A stretch of 64,000 bases of DNA from Oligoflexales bacterium. Its GTDB lineage: Bacteria; Bdellovibrionota_B; Oligoflexia; Oligoflexales; JAPPIL01. The notes below the pieces were generated by a model. That model was not told where the DNA came from. It searched no databases and worked only from the letters and a program-made list of their open reading frames with translations. The position numbers and the translations under genes are program-made. The stretch's first letter is position 1; each line of letters opens with the position of its first letter. The DNA lies in NCBI GenBank assembly GCA_965215515.1, contig OZ244057.1:1152001-1216000 (forward strand). Direction: 5' to 3'. This document shows positions 29,635 through 39,909 of the stretch, one piece after another.

Positions 29635-31716
29635 GTGTCAGGTGTTATCGAAAAAGTAGAGGTTGGCGACAGACAGATCGAAATTGAAGCGGAGAAGTTC
29701 GCTTGCCAAGCCGACGGTGCAGTGATGGTCACAGGTGGTGGCACACAGGTATTAGTCACCGCGTGTGGCGAGGACGAAGATGCAGACAACGATTTTTTTC
29801 CATTGACGGTCGATTATATCGAAAAATATTATTCTGCAGGGCGCATCCCTGGCGGCTACAACAAACGTGAAGCACGTCCTTCATCGTTGGAGATGGTGAC
29901 GGCAAGAGTCATCGACCGCACGCTGCGTCCCAACTTTCCGCAGGGGTTCATGCGCAACACACAGGTTATCTGCACCGTGTTGTCGTTCGATCCCGCCTAC
30001 GATCCCGCGGTGCTGTCGCTGCTCGGTGCTAGTACCGCCCTGACCATCAGCGGCATCCCCTTCCTAGAACCTGTAGCGGGTTTGCGGATCGGGGTAAATG
30101 ACGCGGGTGAGTTCACTATTTTCCCCCGCGCAGAGGAAATGAAAACCCTCGATCTCTTCCTGTCAGCCAAAGAGAAGGCACTGGTGATGGTGGAAGCCAC
30201 GGCTAACTTTCTCGACGAACAAAAAATTCTGGATGCGATGAGCTTCGGACACGATACCCTGCAACCGCTGTTGACCGCCCAGCAGCGACTGCGAGAGCGC
30301 TGCGGCAAAGAAAAACAACAGTTCTCCGCTCCAGAGAGCGATGCGCAACTGAAAAACGAGATCAAAGCACAACACTTCGATGCCATCGTTGCCGCCCTGC
30401 AGATCAAAGAGAAGACGGCACGGCGTAAAAAACTGAAGATGGTTAAAAAAGACCTTCTCGCCGCTTACGAAGAAAATGCACGCCGCGCGGCAGCGGCTGA
30501 AGTTTACGAGGAGCTGGTCTACGAACACGTGCGCAGCTTGATTCTGCGGGAAAAAACCCGCATCGATGGGCGTGCCCCCGCCGACATTCGCCCCCTCAGC
30601 TGCGAGGTCGGTGTGTTGAAAACGCCGCACGGCTCAGCACTGTTCACCCGCGGCGAAACACAAGCATTGGCAACCGTGACCCTCGGTTCTGGCGATGACG
30701 AACAGCGCTATGAGACACTCAACTCACAAAACAGTAGCCGTCACTTCATGCTACACTACAACTTTCCGCCCTTCAGTGTCGGCGAAACACGGCGCTTGAT
30801 GGGATTGAGCCGTCGCGAGATCGGACATGGCTATCTCGCCGAACGCGCCCTCTCCCACGTTATCCCCGACCAAAGCGACTTCGGCTATACCGTGCGCGTG
30901 GTCTCGGATGTGCTCGCCTCGAACGGCAGTTCTTCGATGGCTTCCGTCTGTGCAGGCACGATGGCCCTGCTCTGTGCTGGTGTACCGATCAAACGACATG
31001 TCGCAGGCGTGGCGATGGGGCTGGTCAGCGATGGCGATGAACCCGTGGTGCTGTCCGATATTCTCGGCGATGAAGATCATCTCGGTGACATGGACTTCAA
31101 AGTCTGCGGCGACGAACAAGGGATCAGTGCCTTACAGATGGATATCAAGATCGCGGGACTCAACCGCGAAACACTGCGCAAAGCACTCGCCCAAGCACGC
31201 CAGGGACGCTTGACCATTCTGCGCAAATTGCAGGAAACCATCAGCAAGCCGCGTGACCTGCCGCTGAACGCACCGCGCATCATGTCCATCAAGATCAACG
31301 AGAGCAAAATTCGTGACCTCATCGGCCCTGGCGGTAAAATGATCAAAAAACTCACGGCCGAAACTGGTACTAAAATAGACATCGAAGACAACGGCGTAGT
31401 TAGAGTCGCATCACCTGATCTCGCACGTGCCGAAGCTGCCAAGACGATGATCCTCGCCATCGTCACCGATCCAGAAATCGGCAGCGTGCATCTCGGCACA
31501 GTGAAAAAGACAACCGAATTCGGCGCGTTCGTTGAAATCAAGCCAGGAGTGGAAGGCCTGTGCCACATTTCCCAACTCGAAGACCGCCGTGTCGAAAAAG
31601 TTACCGACGTTATCAAAGAAGGTGATGAGGTGATGGTTAAGGTGATCGAAATAGATCGGCAAGGCCGCTTGAAACTCAGCCGCAAAGAAGCCTTTGGGCA
31701 AAATCCCGTGTCCTGA
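29635..31716 (+). CDS. pnp: Polyribonucleotide nucleotidyltransferase
   Basis: FFPLTVDY, RREIGHG, SNGSSSMAS, DHLGDMDFK, KH and S1 domains. Confidence 0.97.
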   Translation: MSGVIEKVEVGDRQIEIEAEKFACQADGAVMVTGGGTQVLVTACGEDEDADNDFFPLTVDYIEKYYSAGRIPGGYNKREARPSSLEMVTARVIDRTLRPNFPQGFMRNTQVICTVLSFDPAYDPAVLSLLGASTALTISGIPFLEPVAGLRIGVNDAGEFTIFPRAEEMKTLDLFLSAKEKALVMVEATANFLDEQKILDAMSFGHDTLQPLLTAQQRLRERCGKEKQQFSAPESDAQLKNEIKAQHFDAIVAALQIKEKTARRKKLKMVKKDLLAAYEENARRAAAAEVYEELVYEHVRSLILREKTRIDGRAPADIRPLSCEVGVLKTPHGSALFTRGETQALATVTLGSGDDEQRYETLNSQNSSRHFMLHYNFPPFSVGETRRLMGLSRREIGHGYLAERALSHVIPDQSDFGYTVRVVSDVLASNGSSSMASVCAGTMALLCAGVPIKRHVAGVAMGLVSDGDEPVVLSDILGDEDHLGDMDFKVCGDEQGISALQMDIKIAGLNRETLRKALAQARQGRLTILRKLQETISKPRDLPLNAPRIMSIKINESKIRDLIGPGGKMIKKLTAETGTKIDIEDNGVVRVASPDLARAEAAKTMILAIVTDPEIGSVHLGTVKKTTEFGAFVEIKPGVEGLCHISQLEDRRVEKVTDVIKEGDEVMVKVIEIDRQGRLKLSRKEAFGQNPVS

Positions 31717-31745
31717 CCCGCGCACCTACCCGCTGGCCCGCGTTC

Positions 31746-31832
31746 GGAGAGATGGCTGAGTGGTCGAAAGCGCACGCTTGGAAAGCGTGTGTGCCTCCAG
31801 GGGCACCGAGGGTTCAAATCCCTCTCTCTCCG
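31746..31832 (+). tRNA. tRNA-Ser (anticodon GGA), CCA not encoded
   Basis: GGAGAGA acceptor; CACGC-TTGGAAA-GCGTG; long variable arm; GGTTCAAATCC. Confidence 0.93.
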
Positions 31833-31915
31833 CTCACGTTTTGGCAGGGTTCTTGCATTCCTTCTGCCGTGAGGTAGAAATACCTCCCGCTGAGATCATC
31901 TGTGGAGAGCTGTTC

Positions 31916-32320
31916 ATGGTCAAGAAGTTCCTCGTTATCGTGTTTTGTGCAGCCCTTAACGGCGACTGTTCCCCTCCCCGACGCAAACTCCTCTTCGACC
32001 CTCCGACCGAACAGGAGCAGGTTTTCAGACCAGACGTAAGCGGAGTGCGGATAGTGGGACTCGGCGAGAGCTTCAGTGCCACTCTCCCCCAAGACCCGCA
32101 GGCAGAACTGGCCTGGGAAGTCAGCTGGGACAAGAAAATGCTCACAGGCTCGCAACGGCAAGAAACGATGTGCCTCAGCGACAACGATGACAGCTGTCTA
32201 AAAGTTATCAAGTACGAGTTCAAAGCCATGCAAGCGGGTGAAGCGCTGGTCGAGTTTAAACTCAAAGAAGAGGACAACCTCATCACGTCCTTCACCAGTC
32301 GCGTTGTCGTCGTCGAATAG
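31916..32320 (+). CDS. Exported protein, possibly chagasin/I42 protease-inhibitor-like
   Basis: Signal peptide; GESFSATL..DP....W, YEFKA...GEA.V.F. Confidence 0.5.
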   Translation: MVKKFLVIVFCAALNGDCSPPRRKLLFDPPTEQEQVFRPDVSGVRIVGLGESFSATLPQDPQAELAWEVSWDKKMLTGSQRQETMCLSDNDDSCLKVIKYEFKAMQAGEALVEFKLKEEDNLITSFTSRVVVVE

Positions 32321-32360
32321 TACACAAAAATCTTTAGAGAGACACTGAACCAGTGTGCCC

Positions 32361-33314
32361 TCAGCGCGCGATGCTATAACGCATATCGAGGCACATACCT
32401 GCTGGTAATTTACTATTGATAAAAACTGTGCGGGCATCTTTCTTTTTGTTTACCTGTAGATTAGCATGACTAACATGCCCTGTTCGCCCTGAACGGCTCG
32501 GATTCCAAGCAACTTCGGCATCTAAATACTCGCCGCTAAACACCATCGCCCATCCCTCAAGAGCACGGTAACCGCGCAAGAAAAAATTACTACGCAACAC
32601 AGAGGCAAGGTCACGTGACATTTCTTGCAACGGCAGAGTAAAATCCTCGCTACGCAGTGAAGCATAGCGATGGATAATCTTTTCCCCTGCAGCATTTTGC
32701 CAGGCAACAAGGGCACTGCCCTCACCGTCTGTATCGAGCAAAGCGTAGACACGGTTGTTGTTGCCCACCTCCAACATTTTCTCCACGTTAGTGCGTGTCT
32801 CTGAGGCGAGATCGGCATCTGTGACAATGACAAAGGCACGTACACTATCTTCGTTGTCGCTTTTAGTTTTGGTTATCTGTGTTAAATCGGTTACTGCTTG
32901 GGCGAATTTTTTTTCGTAATCAAAACTGTTCTTGTATTTAGTAATAATTGCACGCGGGTAATTTTGTGCATGCAAAGTTGTGACAGCTACGCTCCAATTG
33001 CTGTTGATGACATGTTTCAGCATCGCTGCTAGCGAGGTCGATAGTTTCTGGCGAGTTCTCGTCAGTGTCGCACTGTCATCGACTAAAAAAACAATCTCTA
33101 CCCGATCACTAGCAGTTACATCGGCATAAAGCGACTCAGTATAAATTTTCGTGGCTACGTTAGGCAGGGGAGCGCTGCTGCTTAATGATAACTGCCTACG
33201 GCTTTCGGCATTCCCTGTTGTATAAATGTAGGGAATGTCTCCATCTTCGTCAAGGTAGGCATCATCATCTCCGCACGCGACCAACAACCCCAGTATGAGC
33301 ATGATATGTGGCAC
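32361..33314 (-). CDS. vWA-like lipoprotein
   Basis: LLVAC lipobox; EIVFLVDDS, FVIVTD. Confidence 0.7.
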   Translation of the reverse strand: MPHIMLILGLLVACGDDDAYLDEDGDIPYIYTTGNAESRRQLSLSSSAPLPNVATKIYTESLYADVTASDRVEIVFLVDDSATLTRTRQKLSTSLAAMLKHVINSNWSVAVTTLHAQNYPRAIITKYKNSFDYEKKFAQAVTDLTQITKTKSDNEDSVRAFVIVTDADLASETRTNVEKMLEVGNNNRVYALLDTDGEGSALVAWQNAAGEKIIHRYASLRSEDFTLPLQEMSRDLASVLRSNFFLRGYRALEGWAMVFSGEYLDAEVAWNPSRSGRTGHVSHANLQVNKKKDARTVFINSKLPAGMCLDMRYSIAR

Positions 33315-33423
33315 GCTGTTTTTGCTCCTAAGTGAACTAAACTACTCGCGATTATGTCATCGGCACAGACAGATGAAATTTTAGTTTTCTCGCGTTGAAA
33401 AATTTTTTATCAGAGTAAAAAAA

Positions 33424-34422
33424 TCAAGGCTGATGGCTATAGGTAACGACAATTTTGTTGGTATTAGGTGGCAAGGCAGTTAGAATAAATAGTTTCTTGC
33501 CTACTATGCCGTATTCGTTTTTGCTCAGTATTTTTTCACTATCATCATCGTGAAAGATAACAACTTCCGAGGCTTCATCATCGTGCAGTCTTTTGAGCTG
33601 ATACTTATATTGCACAATGTCGCTCAGATCGCTGGAGATGGCCTTGAGAGTTGTGTCATAGTTATCTGTATTGTATGGTTCGTGGCGAGTAAAGATGGTT
33701 TCCCCACTTTCGTCTTGCCAGGCAATAAATTTATCGTTTTCGTTCTCGTCTAGAAACCCGTATACTTTCGCAGTTTTGTGAGGAATTCTAATTAGACTCA
33801 GAAAATCGTAAAGATCTTGTATCTCGCAGCCCGCACTTGCACCGCCGATACTCACATCGCATTGGTGATCTTCGTCGGTAATGATCAGGATACCGAGAGC
33901 AGAATTTTCGCGCACGAGGTAGCGGGGATGGTCATCGTCGCAGGTGTTGTCGTCGGTTATCACAGGCATGCCGCGCAGACCTCTGATAGCCATGAAGATT
34001 GCCTGTTCGGAGTTGGATGGTTTAATGGCATCTATTGCTTGGCGATAGACATCTTGGTAGTTAGAGGTTTGGGCTGTTATAATGGCGGCAAAGCAGCTTG
34101 TCATGTCGGTGCTGGTAATGCCTATCTGCCAATCTCGTGCCTTGATGTTTTCGAGCAAAGGTAGGAGTTTACGGGCAACTTCGGCTTTTTGCCCCCGCAT
34201 CGAGTCAGAGCCATCGATGATGAGCAGAATATCGAGCTTATCTGTCGCAGAAATGTCAGGGATAAAGGTCTCTTGGTACAACTCCCCGCTCAGGTTATCG
34301 GCATTGAGATTACTGATAAATTTAGTTTGTTTGGCGCAGGAAAGCAGCAGTGTAGCTGACAACAGTAGGCAAATTTCTCTCATCTCCACCTCGCAGACAA
34401 ACTCCAGCCGCGGGGTCGGCAC
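33424..34422 (-). CDS. vWA-like lipoprotein with MIDAS motif
   Basis: LLLSC lipobox; LDILLIIDGSDSM, ILIITDED; likely start MREIC. Confidence 0.75.
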   Translation of the reverse strand: MPTPRLEFVCEVEMREICLLLSATLLLSCAKQTKFISNLNADNLSGELYQETFIPDISATDKLDILLIIDGSDSMRGQKAEVARKLLPLLENIKARDWQIGITSTDMTSCFAAIITAQTSNYQDVYRQAIDAIKPSNSEQAIFMAIRGLRGMPVITDDNTCDDDHPRYLVRENSALGILIITDEDHQCDVSIGGASAGCEIQDLYDFLSLIRIPHKTAKVYGFLDENENDKFIAWQDESGETIFTRHEPYNTDNYDTTLKAISSDLSDIVQYKYQLKRLHDDEASEVVIFHDDDSEKILSKNEYGIVGKKLFILTALPPNTNKIVVTYSHQP

Positions 34423-34527
34423 ATAGTTGGCAAAAATTTAGTTTCATCAAGCTTTGCAGACTGATAACTTAAGGTAACTATTGTTTAAGACGATATGACA
34501 GCCAACACGGACGCGGATAGGTAGGCG

Positions 34528-37500
34528 ATGATCTACTACTTCGGCTATGGCTCAAATATGAACATGACCTCTTTGCAGGCCAAGGGAGTTGAGCCGAGTT
34601 TCTCCGATCCCGCTGTTTTGCAAGATTGGGAACTGGCATTCAATGTCTGTGATTTTTTTCGCATAGAGGGTGGCACAGGCAACATTCGTCGCGCCGCAGG
34701 CAAGGAAGTACACGGGGTAGTGCATAGTTGTCATGCCGATAGTTTGCGTCGTCTCGATGAGCTAGAAGCTTATGGCATATCTTATGACCGTATCGCAGTA
34801 GATGTTACCAGTTATGATGGGCAACGCCACAAGGCTTTCGCTTACGTAGGTTTGTGTGACAGAATGAAGGATGGTCTGCAGCCTTCACATCGCTACCTCA
34901 ACATCATGATTGAGGGAGCGAGAAAGATGGAGTTGGAAGATGCTTACATCAACAAGCTGAAACGCATAGAAGTTAGGCCCGCACCAAATTACGGCCCTTT
35001 TAATTTTTCTAAAAAAAACAACAAAGTGTTCAGCGCGGCGGAGCTGGCACAGTTACCGCACCATACAGCTTTGGCGGGGGCGGTGTTTAACATGCAAAAC
35101 GCACGGGAAGAGCATGCTTATCTGAAAAAATTTTTTAGCGGCAAAGATATGACAGTTTTTTTTCTCAAGCGTATGGACATAAGTAGTGGCGAAGAAACCC
35201 TTGAACATGCAACAGCAGTTGGGTTATCCAACTTACAAAAGCGCTATCTCAATGCTTATCTGCATGAATTCAAACGTGAATATGAATTCATTGGCTGTAT
35301 GAATTATCGTATAGATCTTTCCTATCGCTCACCGACACCGCGCCTCGATCTTAGCAATCCGAGTCGTTCTGCGTCATCACGGGTGATTTTACAAACAGCC
35401 GAGCTTGTCAATGACATTTTGGGGCATGAAAATCTTGGTTTTTTGTCGAGTGATCGTGGCCTGATACCAGGCAAAGCTTTTCCTGAGCGTTTACCGCATT
35501 ATTTTGATGCTTGGGAGGAAATTACTGAAAACCTTCCTATGCATTATACTTCTCTACGCTTACGTCATGTTGTTGATGCAATGCCTGTTTTGCGTGCTGA
35601 TGATAGTAAACTCGATGGCAATTGTCTCATACGTGCTTGTGCTTTATTGTCGATGTTGTCGCATGCTTATTGGTATGTGCGTCGTTATCCACCCGCACAT
35701 GGCTTGCCTGTGCAATTGCGTAAACCGTGGGAAACAGTGCAACAGCGTTTGCGTCGCCCTGTTGGCGTGCTACACTATATCGATCTTATCGTATATAATT
35801 GGCAGTTCAAGCAAAAAGATCGCGAAGATAATTTTGATTTAAGTAATCTTGATTTACTTTTTCCTACTGTCAACAACCCTTCTGAGCAAATTTTTTATCT
35901 TACTCAGTTAGAAATACTGGCACACTGTTCTCCTATTGTGCCAGCTATTGTGAGAGCACAGGAAGCCATCGTCCAAAATGAGCTCGAGGCTTTGAAAGAT
36001 TCTTTACGCACTATTATTATTTGTTTAAAAAAAATCGTGCGCAAATCTTTGTTCAACATTGATCCTAATCGCTACAGCAAAAATTATGTTAATCATGTTG
36101 TATGGGCAAAAACAGTCGCGCCTTTTGCGGTGCCTTTTCGTGCCAAAGCGCTGGGAGCAAGTGGCACATCTTCCCCGATTTTTAATATTCTCGACACGTT
36201 CTTTGGACGCATGCACCATAAAACTTTTCTCGGCAAAGAGATAAAAGCACTACGGGAAACTTATCCCGTCTTCTGGCAAAAATTTATTGAAGCGGTGTCA
36301 CAGATTTCTTTGCGTGATTACGTTCATCGTATCGATGATCCTACCCTCACTAATCTTGTCAGTGAAGCTGTTGATATCTATGCTGGGGAGCATGGTTTTC
36401 TCGGTCGGCATCGCATGAAAGTTTTTGGTTACTTGGAGATGGCATTTAAAGTTGGTAGAGATGTAACTATCGGAGGCTTTGCAGGCAAATTCAAGGATCG
36501 AGAGCATGAGCACGTCGATGCTCAATTGGAGTGGTCACGACTTGAGCGTTTAGAAACGTTTCCTCGTGATTGTTATTTTGGCTACATAAAAGCTGTCGGA
36601 CAGACACACAACAATGCCACCGCGAATGTGAAACATGTTGTCATCGATGTAGAAGGTCTCGGTGTGCGTTATGAGCCAGGCGATCGCTGTTTAATTTTAC
36701 CTGAACATAGTGAGGAAATAATTGCTGCGACTATGCGAGCATTACAAGCTAAGGAAAAGGAGAAAAAAATAATTCTCTCGGAAGAGTGGCGAAAGGCTAT
36801 CAAGTTGCGTTATGGCTATGCTAAGGCACAAGAACTACCGCTAGAAGTTTTTCTGCGTTTTGCCCAGCTGCGCCCTGTATCTTTACGTATTGCACATGCT
36901 CTGTATACTGTAAGTAACAGTAATTTTTTGCGCAAGGAAATAAGCGCTCAGACTACGGCACGCTTTGAGGTCTGGGATGTGCTCAAGATGTTGAGCAGCG
37001 ACGGGTTTGATGTGCGTAGACTGCTCGATAGCAAGCCCGATGATCCTGCCTACCTTGCACAGGTTTTGCCCCCTGAAAATTTTAGAAACTACACGATCGC
37101 TTCTGCCATGGATGCCAGTGAGGGCGATAGTGCACATGAAATTCATCTCACGGTGGGGGTTGTTAGTTATGAAAATAATGGCAGGAAGTGTGTGGGCACT
37201 GGTTCCGGTTTTTTAGCTCGCAGTCTCGGCCGTGATGATCCGATTTCGTTTAGAATCGAGCATCCACCGCGTTTTAGTTTACCTGCTGATCCCCGCACGC
37301 CTATCATGATGATTGCAGGGGGGACGGGGGTAGGGGCATTTCGTTCTTTTATTTTTGAGCGCATGCGAGACCCACAGGCGGGCGAGACTTGGTTGTTATT
37401 TTTTACGCAATCACCAGAATATTTTTACTATCAAGATGATCTCTTACATGCTTTGAGCAATGATTTTCTTAAATTATTTGTCAAATTTTCTGCTGCCGAT

Positions 37501-39909
37501 ATTGCCGTAGATGTAGAAAAGAGTGCTGGAGAAGGTCGCAAATTTTTCTATAAAAAGAGCAAGCGTGGGCGGGTGGAAGATTTTTTTGCTGCCAAGAAAC
37601 ATCGTGAAATCTTTTGGAATTTTCTTCAGCAGGATAAACCAGCCCCCCAGGTGTATATTTGCGGGCGGACGCGTTTTGCTAGAGATGTGCATAAAGCGTT
37701 ACAGGCTTTGTTTTATCGCGGCCTGCGCGGGAGCGAGCAAGCACGTCGTAAAGAGGCCTTGCACATGCTGGGAAGGCTGTTTGCCAGTGGTGGCTTTAAG
37801 CAAGAAACTTTTACCAATGCCATTCCCGTGTCCAATAAAGAAAAGCTTATCAAGGTTTCAGAACTCGCACAGAAAAACGATTCGGAGGGGGAGTGCTGGT
37901 TGGCCATCGACAATGGTGTTTATGATCTCACAGAATTTCAACATATTCATCCTGGTGGTCATACTATTTTGCGCAGCTATTATGGTCTTGATGCTAGTAA
38001 AGGTTATTGGCGCGCACATCGCCGCCTTGATGTCGATACGATGCGTGAAATATATCGCCTCGGCCGTCTATACCTACCTAATTTTGCCAACAAAAATGTG
38101 CATGGTGTATCATTACGTAGTATCTATGGCTCGTGGACAGCAGCACTTTATACTTTGGTCGAGATGGAAAATAGTTTCATGATTGATGTCTCACTGCAAA
38201 ATTGTAGTCTTGTTGCGACTCAAGCAGCAGAGTTACAAACACCTTACAAAACAGAAAAGGCTATTGACACACATATACGTTTTTTGGAAAATTTTCTTTC
38301 ACCACTAACTAGTGTCATTATCCCATCATTGTGGAAAACCACCTCGCTACTCAGCAACAGCAAAAAAATGCACAGTGAGATACGGAGAAAGATATCTTTG
38401 CTCAATAACTACACTGCTGCACATACGTGTAGTGAGATCCCACAGCTTTTGCAAAACAGACTAGACACGTTGGTATCTGCGTCCGTAAGCGGTGAGTTAC
38501 AGCAACTCAATCTCCATCGTTTAACTGCTACTCTTGATTTTTTTACTGCTCTTGACCAAAAAACCCTTGCTGAACTAAAACAGCAGCTGACAGCAGGCAC
38601 AGCATTGTTTGAAAATAATTTAACTGAAGTCGATGAACACATGCTAGCTATACGAAAAATTTTTCTTAGCATGGTAGCGATAGTGCAGAATTTTTGGAAA
38701 AATATGGCTACACATTGTAAAAAAGCAGGATGGTTGACGAAAGATAGTGTCTTGATAAAAAACAGATGGGATAAAAAACAGGGTATGCGTGCTAGCGCGG
38801 TAGTGAGTTGGCTCTTAGGTGATGCGCTATATTTAAATTCTACCGAAGAGTTGATAGTGGCACTTGTCGGGCAACTTGAACCTCTAGTCAAGATTAATCG
38901 TATCAGTCTTGACATTCACACCGTGCATCCCGAAGTATTTGTAAAAAATTTAATTTGGAAACGGAATGATGGCATCGAAGCGACTTTGTTATCACATGAT
39001 CAGATAAAATCGCAACTGTTCAGACAAAGTCCTGTCGCCAAAATATACAACGGCTCAGGCACGATAAGGATAAAAACTGCTCGCGACCCCTCAACATTTC
39101 CTTTGCTTCAGGAGTTGATGAAGCAGGGCTGCACCGACTATATTATTTTCCCCATGCGGTATACTCGTGGCGGTCGCTCCTATATTTCTTATACCACTGA
39201 GCAACCAGATGGTTTTAGCGATGCGGAAATAGAAGTTTTGGAGCAGGTATGCCCTGCCTTAGCGCGTCGTTTAGAAATTGAATTCTGTCATTTTTCTATT
39301 CACAGTTTACTGCAAATTTATCTCGGTAAGTTAGCCGCTTCACGGGTACTGAGAGGTGAATTTAAGCGGGGATATGGAGAAACCATCGAGCCAGCTATTT
39401 GGTTATGTGATCTGCGTAATTATACAAGTATGGCGATGAGTTGTGATGAACACAAAGTAGCTGCGGCACTTGATTTGTTTTTTGAATTGGCTGCGGACAC
39501 AATTGCACAACACAATGGTGATATTTTAAAATTCATGGGTGATTCCATGTTGGTAATTTTTGATGATAAAAATAAGAAAGAATCTTGTCGCAAAGCATTC
39601 AATGCCTCGCTCATGATGTTGGCTAAGTTAAATAAACAAACGGCAACGGAGACCAAAGTTAGCATCGCGATGCATGTGGGCAGTGCTATTTTCGGCAATG
39701 TAGGTGGTTGCGGACGGTTGGATTTCACTATCGTAGGCAAGGAAGTAAATTACACCAGCCGTCTTGAGCCGTGGTGCAAAGCACTAGGTGTGCCTTTAAT
39801 TATGAGTGATAAGTTCGTCAAAACCGCCGAACTCAACAATACACGTTATCTCGGTAAGTTCAGCTTGAAAGGCTTCCCCACCCTTGCGCCACTCTACACC
39901 GTTATTTAA
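34528..39909 (+). CDS. 1793-aa multidomain protein: GGCT - IDO-like heme dioxygenase - FAD/NADPH reductase - cytochrome b5 - GAF-like - class III cyclase
   Basis: YFGYGSNM; LSHAY, YNW, GASGTSS..F..LD.FFG, FLGRH...GYL; YEPGD, RNYTIAS, GTGSGFL, IAGGTGVGAFRSF, YICG; WLAID..VYDLTEF...HPGG; CDLRNYT, KFMGD, GNVG...RLDFTIVG..VN..SRLE. Confidence 0.85.
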   Translation: MIYYFGYGSNMNMTSLQAKGVEPSFSDPAVLQDWELAFNVCDFFRIEGGTGNIRRAAGKEVHGVVHSCHADSLRRLDELEAYGISYDRIAVDVTSYDGQRHKAFAYVGLCDRMKDGLQPSHRYLNIMIEGARKMELEDAYINKLKRIEVRPAPNYGPFNFSKKNNKVFSAAELAQLPHHTALAGAVFNMQNAREEHAYLKKFFSGKDMTVFFLKRMDISSGEETLEHATAVGLSNLQKRYLNAYLHEFKREYEFIGCMNYRIDLSYRSPTPRLDLSNPSRSASSRVILQTAELVNDILGHENLGFLSSDRGLIPGKAFPERLPHYFDAWEEITENLPMHYTSLRLRHVVDAMPVLRADDSKLDGNCLIRACALLSMLSHAYWYVRRYPPAHGLPVQLRKPWETVQQRLRRPVGVLHYIDLIVYNWQFKQKDREDNFDLSNLDLLFPTVNNPSEQIFYLTQLEILAHCSPIVPAIVRAQEAIVQNELEALKDSLRTIIICLKKIVRKSLFNIDPNRYSKNYVNHVVWAKTVAPFAVPFRAKALGASGTSSPIFNILDTFFGRMHHKTFLGKEIKALRETYPVFWQKFIEAVSQISLRDYVHRIDDPTLTNLVSEAVDIYAGEHGFLGRHRMKVFGYLEMAFKVGRDVTIGGFAGKFKDREHEHVDAQLEWSRLERLETFPRDCYFGYIKAVGQTHNNATANVKHVVIDVEGLGVRYEPGDRCLILPEHSEEIIAATMRALQAKEKEKKIILSEEWRKAIKLRYGYAKAQELPLEVFLRFAQLRPVSLRIAHALYTVSNSNFLRKEISAQTTARFEVWDVLKMLSSDGFDVRRLLDSKPDDPAYLAQVLPPENFRNYTIASAMDASEGDSAHEIHLTVGVVSYENNGRKCVGTGSGFLARSLGRDDPISFRIEHPPRFSLPADPRTPIMMIAGGTGVGAFRSFIFERMRDPQAGETWLLFFTQSPEYFYYQDDLLHALSNDFLKLFVKFSAADIAVDVEKSAGEGRKFFYKKSKRGRVEDFFAAKKHREIFWNFLQQDKPAPQVYICGRTRFARDVHKALQALFYRGLRGSEQARRKEALHMLGRLFASGGFKQETFTNAIPVSNKEKLIKVSELAQKNDSEGECWLAIDNGVYDLTEFQHIHPGGHTILRSYYGLDASKGYWRAHRRLDVDTMREIYRLGRLYLPNFANKNVHGVSLRSIYGSWTAALYTLVEMENSFMIDVSLQNCSLVATQAAELQTPYKTEKAIDTHIRFLENFLSPLTSVIIPSLWKTTSLLSNSKKMHSEIRRKISLLNNYTAAHTCSEIPQLLQNRLDTLVSASVSGELQQLNLHRLTATLDFFTALDQKTLAELKQQLTAGTALFENNLTEVDEHMLAIRKIFLSMVAIVQNFWKNMATHCKKAGWLTKDSVLIKNRWDKKQGMRASAVVSWLLGDALYLNSTEELIVALVGQLEPLVKINRISLDIHTVHPEVFVKNLIWKRNDGIEATLLSHDQIKSQLFRQSPVAKIYNGSGTIRIKTARDPSTFPLLQELMKQGCTDYIIFPMRYTRGGRSYISYTTEQPDGFSDAEIEVLEQVCPALARRLEIEFCHFSIHSLLQIYLGKLAASRVLRGEFKRGYGETIEPAIWLCDLRNYTSMAMSCDEHKVAAALDLFFELAADTIAQHNGDILKFMGDSMLVIFDDKNKKESCRKAFNASLMMLAKLNKQTATETKVSIAMHVGSAIFGNVGGCGRLDFTIVGKEVNYTSRLEPWCKALGVPLIMSDKFVKTAELNNTRYLGKFSLKGFPTLAPLYTVI

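Noticed and set aside
31760..31915. N-terminal extension of ORF 31760-32320
   Set aside because: Overlaps tRNA-Ser; ATG at 31916 has an RBS and a signal peptide
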